From Rotaria socialis (Eukaryota): a DNA stretch of 45,965 bases. The notes beneath the pieces were generated by a model. It was given only the letters and a program-made list of their open reading frames with translations, did no database searches and had not been told where the DNA came from. Every line of letters begins with the position of its first letter. The first letter of the stretch is position 1. Shown here one piece after another: positions 10,175 to 20,262 of this stretch. The stretch covers positions 124,001-169,965 of the forward strand of contig CAJNYD010000133.1 of assembly GCA_905331295.1 (NCBI GenBank), given 5' to 3'. The translations under genes were made by a program, and so were the position numbers.

Positions 10175-12235
10175 ATGGATTTGAGTCAACAAGTAGAAAA
10201 TTACCATCTCATTGGCAACGTGAGACCTGAAAAAATACGTCGACCCTTTAATTCTCGTATCGTTCAAAACTTCATCCTTGTATGGTTACATTCTGATGTT
10301 GATGACATGCATGAAAATGAGTTTCGTAAGTCAATCACTGAACTACGAACAGTTGTTAATGACATCAATACGTTTACCGATGTTGATCAATGCATCGATT
10401 TCGTTATTGACATTACAGACGAAAAAGTCTTGATGATTATTTCTGATGAATTAAATCAAAATATTGTGCCATCCGTGCACGAGATAATTCAAATTAATTC
10501 CATTTACATCCTTTCTAAAAGTCAGTCACAACAAAGAGAATGGACACAAGAATGGCCAAAAGTGAAGGGCATGTTTCCATCAATTTTATCTATCTGCCAA
10601 GTGCTCGAACAGGATGCCCACAGATGTGATCAAGATTTAGTTTCAATCAGCCTTGTGTCGACCAATAGAGAAACATTCAATGAAAATTTGGACCAATTGG
10701 ATCCATCATTTATGTATACACAGATCCTGAAGGAAATATTATTGGCAATTGATTTCAATGAACAACATATTACAGATTTTATCACCTATTATCGGCAAAA
10801 ATTTACTGATAATGGTATACAATTGAATAATATCGATGGACTCGCAAGAGACTATAAAGACTACTCGCCTATCTGGTGGTATACTCACAAATGTAGTCTT
10901 TACTCTGTGCTCAATCGAGCTTTACGCTTCATGGAAGTAGATACAATCATCAAAATGGGCTTCTTCATTCACGATCTTCATCGTCAAATCGTACAGCTAC
11001 ACTCAGAACAATATAGAGAGCACCATGAATTGGCGCCATTTACTATCTTTCGAGGTCAAGGTTTACCTAAGAAAGAGTTTGAGAAAATACGAAATACACA
11101 AGGTGGGCTCATATCTTTTAATAACTTTTTGTCTACGAGCAAAGACCTAAGTATAGCTCAAGGCTTTGCTAGTAGTTCTCTTGCTAGTTCAGACTCTGTG
11201 GGAATAGTCTTCGTGATGATGATTGATCCTTCAATAAAGTCTACTCCTTTTGCTTGCATCAACCACGTAAGTTACTACAAGACCGAAGACGAAATTCTAT
11301 TTTCGATGCATACCGTGTTTCGTATTGGCAATATCATACAAGCCAACGGTAACAATCGTCTATGGCAGGTAGATTTAATACAGACCAATGATAATGATTC
11401 ACAGTTAAATGCTCTTACTGAACGGATACGTGATGAGATAAGAGGATGTACTGAATGGGATAAACTCGGTAAATTGCTATTTAAACTTGGCCACTTTGAT
11501 AAGGCCGACGAATTACACGAAGTTCTCCTCGAGCAAACATACAGTGATCGTGAGAAAATACAGTTCAATCATCAACTTGGATGGAGCAAGGTGCACCAGA
11601 AGAAATATGAAGAAGCAATTGCATATTATCAGAAATCGCTTGAAATCAAACAGATAGTCACGCCTGACAACCATAATGCGTTAGCTGTTTCTTTTAATCA
11701 CATTGGTTCCGTATATGAGAAGATGAATGAATACACCAAAGCTCTTTTATATTATGAAAAAGGGCTTGAATTGCAACAAAAAATAACTCCTTTAAATTAT
11801 TCTGGTCTAGCATCTTGCCTCGCCAATATTGGATCTGTTTATGAAAAAATGAAAGAATACTCAAAAGCCCTTGAATTTCATGAAAAAGCACTTGAAATGC
11901 GACAAAATATATCGCCTGCGAATAAGGTCAGTTTGGCTTATTCTCATCATAGTATTGGTTCTGTGTATGAAAAGATGGGCGAGTATCAAAAAGCACTTTT
12001 ATCACACGAAAAAGCACTGGAAATTCAACAAATAGCACTTCCTTCGAATCATCGTGACTTGGCTCAATCTCATAGCAGTATCGGCTATGTATATAGTAAG
12101 ACAGGTCAATACGCAAAAGCACGTCAACATCATCAAAAATCTGTCGATATTGGACAACGATCACTACCTGCCAATCATCCTAATCTTCAAAAATTTCGAG
12201 AAAACCTTGAATATATAAAAAGAAAATGTAGATGA
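10175..12235 (+). CDS. NAD+:protein ADP-ribosyltransferase (R-S-E clade)-like domain plus C-terminal TPR array
   Basis: 686-aa ORF. IWWYT..LYSVLNRALR helical region, FRGQ (R), FLSTS (STS), EDEILF (ExE), then ~6 repeats of 42 aa of the type LAxSxxxIGSVYEKMxEYxKALxxHEKALE. Confidence 0.9.
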   Translation: MDLSQQVENYHLIGNVRPEKIRRPFNSRIVQNFILVWLHSDVDDMHENEFRKSITELRTVVNDINTFTDVDQCIDFVIDITDEKVLMIISDELNQNIVPSVHEIIQINSIYILSKSQSQQREWTQEWPKVKGMFPSILSICQVLEQDAHRCDQDLVSISLVSTNRETFNENLDQLDPSFMYTQILKEILLAIDFNEQHITDFITYYRQKFTDNGIQLNNIDGLARDYKDYSPIWWYTHKCSLYSVLNRALRFMEVDTIIKMGFFIHDLHRQIVQLHSEQYREHHELAPFTIFRGQGLPKKEFEKIRNTQGGLISFNNFLSTSKDLSIAQGFASSSLASSDSVGIVFVMMIDPSIKSTPFACINHVSYYKTEDEILFSMHTVFRIGNIIQANGNNRLWQVDLIQTNDNDSQLNALTERIRDEIRGCTEWDKLGKLLFKLGHFDKADELHEVLLEQTYSDREKIQFNHQLGWSKVHQKKYEEAIAYYQKSLEIKQIVTPDNHNALAVSFNHIGSVYEKMNEYTKALLYYEKGLELQQKITPLNYSGLASCLANIGSVYEKMKEYSKALEFHEKALEMRQNISPANKVSLAYSHHSIGSVYEKMGEYQKALLSHEKALEIQQIALPSNHRDLAQSHSSIGYVYSKTGQYAKARQHHQKSVDIGQRSLPANHPNLQKFRENLEYIKRKCR

Positions 12236-12376
12236 AAATCTTTTTCATTGAATCAATTGGAAAAGCACAACAATAAAACGTAAAGACTTTCCAATACAGA
12301 ATGAATAAACAATTTTTCTCTCATACCTTTACCACAAATTGTGAAATCGTTGTATATTCTCTTCGGATGATGCTAT

Positions 12377-13123
12377 TTTAGATGTGGGTGTGGCTAGCGG
12401 GTGTCTGATTGAAAGAAAGCATGTAAACCCACATCCATCGAATTAAGCGTGTAAAAAATTCCCGATTGGTTTACGAGTTGTACACCGTAGAGGACGCTCA
12501 CTATTTGCTAAAGTCTATACGATACTATTTCTGTGTCAAAACAAAAAGTTTCGTTGTTTCCTTTGCGAACAAGATTAAAACAAGCACTGCATCAAAAAGT
12601 TCTTACTTCAATAACAAAAAGAAAAAACCTTCTAAGCGTCTGTCTGTGAATGTATTCGCTTTCTGTTATTTTTTGTGCGTCACTATGATTCATTGCATCT
12701 TACAAATTCTTACTCAAGATAGAGAGCTGCACTTTCTCTCAATTTAAATGTTTTCGAGCAATTACGTTTTGACAGTATGGCCGAGCGGTCTATGGCGGCA
12801 GTTTCAAGCACTGTTCTTTCGTGGGTTCGAATCCTACTACTGTCATTTTCAACTTTTTGTTCTTCTGAAGTTTTCTTGCGTATAGCTTCACTTCTTCATC
12901 ATGATTTCATCAATGCTCAAATTAGTGTGAAGAAATGAAAGCAACCGAAAATTATGGATTATACATTTCTGAAATTTTGACCTTAAAAATATTTGCTTTA
13001 GATTAAACTCGCTGATAAATACATTCAAGCTGGATTTTAACCAATTCAGTGTCGCAATATTGATTTCGTCATGTCTTTAGAGTGTGGATGTCTAAGTTTA
13101 CTGAATCCATACTCACACCCAAA
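12377..13123. mobile_element. Putative degenerate inverted-repeat element enclosing the tRNA gene
   Basis: Left end TTTAGATGTGGGTGTGG resembles the reverse complement of the right end (TTTGGGTGTGAGTATGG), with transition differences. Each end also forms a local hairpin (12381-12435, 13080-13114). No TSD identified. Confidence 0.35.
12771..12845 (+). tRNA. tRNA-Leu(CAA)-like gene lacking the long variable arm (atypical or pseudogene)
   Basis: Acceptor stem GACAGTA/TACTGTC, discriminator A, A-box TGGCCGAGCGG, anticodon arm GCAGT-TTCAAGC-ACTGT, B-box GGTTCGAATCC, downstream TTTT terminator. Variable region is only TCTTTC. Confidence 0.8.
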
Positions 13124-13220
13124 GTTAGACGAAAGACAAAAATTAGATTTTATCTAATCCAGTCAAAAATGATTGATTTACTCCAATGGCGCCAGCGCGA
13201 TTAGTGGCTTACCTCATTTA

Positions 13221-13426
13221 GGGTAAATCAATAATTCGGAAATTCGCGTCGGGAAATTATCGCAGCTACGTTACCTGGAAGTATTATAAAAAAGCAAAAC
13301 GGGCATATTTGTAAAACGATGTTTGCTCTAAATAACTGGTGCCATTAATGTTTTTTATCCGACGAGAAATGCAGGAGCTATAAAGCAAAATAAGAACAGC
13401 ATATACAAAACATCATTGATTTACCC
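13221..13426. repeat. Possible small MITE
   Basis: Perfect 12-bp inverted repeat GGGTAAATCAAT / ATTGATTTACCC about 200 bp apart. No TSD. Confidence 0.3.
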
Positions 13427-13602
13427 CAGTCAACTCTATATACTTTGTGTGGTCATCATCTGTTAAGTATTCTATAGCCCAAAAGAATCATAAATTTACT
13501 AACACACTTCTTCGTGTTGCCATCTGCGACTTAGTCGACAATCAAATATTGAATCACATTTTTGAAGTCAAAATATAAATATTTTTCCATACGCATGGCG
13601 AC

Positions 13603-14045
13603 TAAGAATGTGACAATACCAATGCCATTTAGTATTGGTGGGTATTGGCATTGACAACAGGCCGATCGAGAAAAGGCATACTTCTGCACTTCCAAAAAAA
13701 TATAAAAATTTCGAAAGTATGCTGCAGGAGTTCGATTCTTTGACGCCAAAAACCTTTGGGAAAAACTTTATACAAAATCGCTGGTTTCTGAACATGCGCT
13801 ATCCTAGCTAAAAAAATCAAAATTTCAAAAATTTTTAGTAGCGATAAGGTACCTGAAGAAACTAGAAATGCTGTATAAAGTTTTCCCAAAGGTTTTCCGC
13901 GTCAAGGAATCGAACTGTTGCAACACATTTTCGAAAATTTTATATTTTTCGGAAGTACAGAATATGCCTTTTCTCCATTGGCCTGCTATCGATACCAATA
14001 CCATTACCAATATCCCAATACTGCATTGGTATCGTTACATCCCTA
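13603..14045. mobile_element. Palindromic hAT-type MITE
   Basis: About 190-bp imperfect inverted arms, right terminus reading TAGGGATGTAACGATACC on the minus strand, exact 8-bp TSD ATGGCGAC (13595-13602, 14046-14053). Confidence 0.88.
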
Positions 14046-14432
14046 ATGGCGACTATTACATATTCACTGGTAAATGTCTTTGCTACGATGTTTCGATCGT
14101 CAAATTCAATCAAAGATAGTAGTGTGTGGGCGCAATAAAGACTTCCAAGCTCACACCTACAGCCATCTCAGAAGTTCATAAATTTTCAGATCTTCAAGTG
14201 TGAGGATCAATAGAAAGAAAAAGAATTTTGCAATGCAGTATATAGTCACACCGTTCGTGTATGTCAAAAGTACAAAACAAACAAATTTATTATGTGCAAA
14301 AGAAAATCAGAGACACAAATAAACTGTATCGTTAATTTAAAAGAAAAACCTGAACAAACTGTTATCACATTGAAAATGATTGAAAACAAAAAGAAAATAA
14401 ATATACAAAGAAAAAAAGAAAATATAATGAAT

Positions 14433-15628
14433 TCATCGTATCTCTAATACTGCTGTTGAGGAATCAACTAGACATTTAAATATATGTTTATAGGCTCGAT
14501 CAAGCCAATAGTGATCATAACGATAACTATCAGTTATACTTGCTTCATCTAATTTTTCATCATTAGTATTATTACTTGTTTTTAAAACAAACCAACCACG
14601 TACTACTAAATGTATACGTTCTAATGATGGTAAGTATTGTTGTAGAAGTAATGTCCAAAACGGTGAACGTATATAATCAGTGCTATAAACAAGAGTTTCC
14701 ATGGAAAATCGTCTTACTGAAGGTACAGAATTTAATAAATTTTCAAGAGTTGATAAATCAAATGGACGATAACACAAACGAAGACATGTTATTTGAGGAA
14801 ATGTTAACGACGAAGATATATCGCCTTGTGTTAATTTTGATAAACTAGTCCGAGGATCAAGTGTAACAGATAATGAACGAAGATATGAACAATGTGGCAA
14901 TAGAAAAACCAGACGATCAGCATTAATATAATCCAACGAAAGAACCTCAGTGTTACATGATGAGATTGTTTCAGTTTCAGGCCATTGAAGTCTCTATAGA
15001 ATAAAATAGACTTTCAGAAAACAGAAATATCATCTCTGAAAATAGTAGAAACTTTTAGTTTTAATCTATAGTATTTCATACATCTAGTATACTCAGAGGG
15101 GAAATTTTTTTCTCATCATATATTTACTTCATGCAAATGAAATATTGACACACGAATATTCGATTGATTGAGTAATGCATATGTAGCACTGGTTAATTCT
15201 TTATCGCGAAAAATTTCATGTGTATTAATATGTAAATAATTTAAATATGGCAATTGTTTTATTTGTTGTGTTATTTCTATTAACTCGTCATGATTAATAT
15301 CAATTAATGTTAATGCATGCAATGATTGAAATATTGTGAAAGCTGTTTGAGATAGAAATGAACGAATTTGAGGATAACGATTATAATGATTCGATAGAAT
15401 TAATTTATAAATATTACTAAAATTTTTATTTATTAATGATGAGCAAAATTGATCATAATTTAATTTGTCAACTTTTGACACATCGGCTGTTAATCGAAGA
15501 CGAGAATCGAATACCAGTGAGTGAAATCTTGCATTCATATTGAAAAATATTGTCCAAACATCTTCAACATTCATATATTCGAATATGGCCATTAGAATTT
15601 CACCTGAGAGATCCTCAAAGCAAGACAT
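14433..15628 (-). CDS. F-box-like / leucine-rich-repeat protein; 2 exons (15628-15128, 14993-14433)
   Basis: N-terminal FEDLSGEILMAIFEYM F-box-like motif and LRR-like LxxLxL segments. A phase-0 GTAAAT..TAG intron joins the two ORFs. Confidence 0.8.
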
Positions 15629-15873
15629 CTAAAATTATCGATCATAAAGTAAGCATAATCTTTGTGAATAGTTTAATCGTTTTCTTGTTTATCAAAATTT
15701 CTTTCAAGATAAGATGAAAGAAAAAAATAGAACAAAAATTATTTTTATGTTCATGTTTGAGTTTACTTGAACAAAATGATCATTTCTTATTTACATAAAC
15801 AATATGTTCAAAATGAACACGACACAAGAGAGAACATAACACAATGAAAGTAAGCTAGCACCGGAGACAATGG

Positions 15874-18800
15874 TCAGTCAGCATTAACTGCTGATGTAGT
15901 TAGTTTAACACGTTTTTGTTGTCGTTGTTGATATAAATTTAACGCTCCACGTCCATTCATATTCGATGGATGATCTTCATCATCACTATCTGGATGTTCA
16001 GTTTTTCGACTGGATTGATTATTGTTTGTATCAAGATCACGAATGACTTCACCTTGAACACTTATACGTACGGGTTCAAAAGCTATAACAAATAAAAGTA
16101 ACACATCGAATCTATCCTATCATCATTATGAATATGATTATTTATCGTTGTTGTACTACTGAGTATTCGATATTTCTAACTAATCTCTTTACTTACTATC
16201 TGGTATGGCAGTACGCGTCATACGATCCATTAATTCATCGATAATCACAAATGGACCCTATATAAAATAAATAAAACTTAATTCATCGATATTTTCAATA
16301 TATTGAATTTACTTCAAAGTTTCTGGGTGGTGGAAGAACTTTAACAAGATAAAGTGCTGTATCGGGCAATGGAAACACACCACCAGGAGTCGGATGACTA
16401 CCTGGTAATGGATTTCTTGTTGGTCGAAATGGCATCAAGTGTTTAATATCTGGCCGAGGTAAATTCGTACGTCGATCGCGTGCAGCTTGCTCTAATACAG
16501 CTGTACCATTGACAACAGGACTAGTCACTGATGCCGATGACGAATTTCTCATCACCGTATCTTTATAACCTAATAGTTTCAGTTCATCATTTGAACATGG
16601 TAATAAATTAAGAAATTTATATCGATCAATAAGTAGTAAAGTTTCTCGAAATTCTAATTCATTTAAATCGGAATAAATAGCTAAACGACGTTTTTCAACT
16701 TTTTTTATTGACAATAAATCTCCAACTTGAGATTCAAATTTTAGAAATTCATTCCATAAAGGCAATTGAGATTGTTTCGCTATTAAATTATCTACTGATA
16801 GAACACGTTCAAATAGAACACGTGCATTATGATCTTCATTTAAATGTGTCATATAATCAATATAAGCTAATATATAATCAACATTTTGTCCGTATTTTTT
16901 CAGACCAAGATTAAATATATTAAATGCAATATTATTATCTTTTGTACAATAATATTCCATTAACGCAGCTGCAACATAGATTTGATGATTGACACGTGAA
17001 TCTTCACGCGCACGTTTAAATATAGTTCGCGCTGATTTTATACCATCGGTGCGTCGTTCAAAACGCATTGCTTGTATATAGGCAAGTGTTGGATCTTTTA
17101 AATTTGCTTCATTAACATCAAGTAAACGATTATAAATCGAACGAGCTTTATCAATATTTAAACGATGTTCTTCAAAATCAGCATAAGCAAAATAAATCAA
17201 CATATTCGACCGCATATAGGTTTGTATGGCACGTTCATATAAAGCAGATGCTTCGTCAAGAAAACGTTTGGTTAAATGAGCATCACCTCGTTCTGAAAAT
17301 GTTCGAGATGTTTGTTCCAAATAAGCACAAGCTTCATACCTGGAAAAGAGAATTCTTTTTTTTTTGTATTTACTATTTGAAATTGAATATTTACCAAAGA
17401 TCAGCATGATACCCAAGACAAAGAAGACACTGTTCATAGGCAAGAATAACACGACGTGTTACAAGTACAATATCTTCGGTTTTCAATGGATTTGATCGTT
17501 CCCAAGCAATCAGTTTTCTCCAGGCAGCTAATTGTTTTACTTCATCGGTTGATTGTGGTGATACTGGTGATACACATGGATTATTTTTATCGACGGCACG
17601 TGTTAGTGTTTCTAATTCTTTTGTCACTCGTTTTACATTCAGAAAATCTCGTGAACGACCTTCAATCATACTTTTACCTAATGCTGGATTTATACCCTAA
17701 AATAATAAAACCGTCATTTATTTTCGCTCATGAATTTATATTGTTTACCATTTCATAGGCACAATAATCTTTCCATAATATTTCTACACTGATCATTGGT
17801 ATCATAATACCTTTGTGATAGACTTTTCGTACGGCAGCAATTTTTTGATTTTCAGCATAGGAACCAGCAGCGTCTCTTCGAATAAATAGAAATCAAAATG
17901 AATCATAACATTTTCCTCTGAATTTTATTTTTATACTTACACAGATTTCAAAAATGTTACATAATCATTCCAAATCGTATACGCATAAACATCCATGCCA
18001 ATTTTTTCCAATGCGAAATCGTATGCTTGAGCCATTTTTTCTCTGAACAAAAATAAAAATACTAATCTTATCCTTGAGCAGACTAGAAAACCGTTAACAG
18101 ATAAGAGAAGAAAATGGATATTCGCAGATTGCGATTTTTGTTTTTGTACTCAATAAGAAAGTAGATTGATAATCTGCATACTGCGACAAGTAGCATCGTG
18201 TCCATTTTGTGAACGAACATATAAATGTGCAGGATAATATCAATGATAAAATAGATATATATAATCATGAGCGATATATATATAAAGAAAAATAATTAAA
18301 GATAAAACAAAGAAGTTTTATATTGTTGTTTTCTTTTTTTATTTTTAAAGAATCAATAACAAATGTAAGGTATGAAAAACAAAACATGATTAGTACTATC
18401 GTCTCGACGAATATTATATCTAGACTCGATTTATTTAAAATAAAAACTAAAAAACAACAATCCAACCTGAATGACGGTGAAATTCCTTTGGTATCACGAA
18501 CATAATTTAAATAACATTTCCATAGATCAATATTCAATACTTTGATTAAACACCGTTGAAAAAGCTAAATATAAATAGATATTTAAAATCAAATTCCTTC
18601 AACATATTCACTCATCTCTCAAGCACATTGTAAGAAAAGTAGGTCTACATGGGTACATACTTTTTCAACTTTTTCATAATTTCGTCCTTTTATCTAAAAC
18701 ATAAGTTTTAAATGAAGAAAATAAATGAATGCTAAACTAAAATACATACTTCAGATTCAACATAAATCTTCCAAAATTTTCCGCAGGTTGGAAATTGTGT

Positions 18801-19084
18801 TACCAATGATTCGTAAAATTCTCTTGATTCAGCAATTTTTTTATCCTTAAATTTTGAAAACAAAAGATTTATTCTTCTATTCAATTATCTATCAAAAGCA
18901 AACTTGAGCATCTTGTATAAGTATAGCCCATGCATCAAGTGAGTGTTTATTTTCATTCAGAATTCGTCGTGCGTGTTGAATTTTTTCATTACGTGTTAAA
19001 TCCTAATTACAAAAGTAAAATTTCATAAATTAACATTGAAGAAAAGTCATAGTTCGAAATTACCTCTCGCATATAAACACTCAT
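15874..19084 (-). CDS. CSTF3: Cleavage stimulation factor 77 kDa subunit (CstF-77 / suppressor of forked), multi-exon
   Basis: Spliced translation gives [114 protein letters not shown], and C-terminal LYQQRQQKR. Confidence 0.96.
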
Positions 19085-19196
19085 TTTGAGATAATAAAAA
19101 TCTACAAGGATTAATACAAAAAAAAACAGATAGAAAATCGATTTCTTTTTATTGCTAAGCAAATCAGTGAGCACAAATGTGGATGATTAGAACGTT

Positions 19197-20043
19197 TTAA
19201 TTAAGCATCGAACGACGAACAGAAAGTAGAGCTTGAAGTAGAAAATAACCAATTACACATGTATAAAAAATTCGATCGCGACCTTGACGTCTAGCTAAAG
19301 TTTGTTCAATATGACGAACACGATTTTGAAGTAGCTGAAGTTTATTCAAGATATTTTTATCATCAATACCATTATGGGTCTCTGCAAGCCATCTACAAAA
19401 AGAAATTCAACCAATCGAATTTTCATTTTTTCAATCTACTTACGAATCAGTGATTTTACGTGATGGTTGTCCCTGCTGAAAATTAAATGATAAATAATCA
19501 TCTTCACTTGCAACCTCCAGATCTGCTGGATGAAGCGTTGATGGTAGTGATGGTTGTTGAATAAATGAATTCGATAAGTTATTTGATTCATCATTCACAA
19601 AAAAATCTGTGTCATTCAGCATAACCGTACTACCATTACCGCCTAGATTAAATAAAGTTACATTAAGGAATAGAAATAAATCAAATTTATTCACCAGGTC
19701 GAAGCCGGTCAGGTACCACCATATGAATCGGTGGGCGATCATGATCCTGATCAAGACGAGGAAATGTTGATCGATTCGGGCCAACTGTTATTGAATCGGG
19801 GACATGCATTTGATAAGCTATAAGAAATCATGTTAGAATTAGACATATAACGTTCAATGTGCTGATCGAAACCATTTCTTTTATTAATTAACGGACAGCA
19901 TTACATCAAAAAGAAAACTTTTTCACCATCCGTTTTTAAAATTCGATTATAAGTTATGAAGTAAACTTACTCATTTTTGTAATATAATTAAGATCGATTT
20001 TATTCCTCACCAAATCATCGGGGTCATCACCTGAATGCTCCAT
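19197..20043 (-). CDS. MFF: Mitochondrial fission factor (Mff/Tango11) homolog, 196 aa; exons 20043-19971, 19817-19695, 19642-19444, 19392-19197
   Basis: Not recoverable from the ORF track; assembled by hand with consistent splice phases. Two N-terminal repeats MHVPDSITVG and MVVPDRLRPG (Drp1-binding MxVPxxI type), coiled coil LQLLQNRVRHIEQTLARRQGRD, and tail-anchor TM IFYTCVIGYFLLQALLSVRR. Confidence 0.82.
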
Positions 20044-20084
20044 GATCAATATTCACAATCTGAAATTTTTTTAATCCTTAAATT

Positions 20085-20103
20085 TGTGTGTGTGTGTGTG
20101 TGT
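20085..20103. repeat. (TG)n microsatellite
   Basis: About nine TG units in the dymeclin-Mff spacer. Confidence 0.8.
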
Positions 20104-20262
20104 ATGTAGACATATAGATGGGAAAAAAAAAGATAAACATATAACTAGAAACACACCCGTAAAAACGTGCGACTACTCAAGAACGAAGAAAAGGTACAGA
20201 TATATGTATATAATACGAGAATATTATCCTAATTGAATAAATAACAAAGATGTAAATATTTG

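Noticed and set aside
12796..12815. Selenocysteine or opal-suppressor tRNA (TCA within the loop)
   Set aside because: Only the register giving anticodon CAA forms a paired stem with a 7-nt loop, and no tRNA-Sec features are present.
13531..14119. Cluster of mutually similar ORFs on both strands
   Set aside because: Artefact of the palindromic MITE arms.
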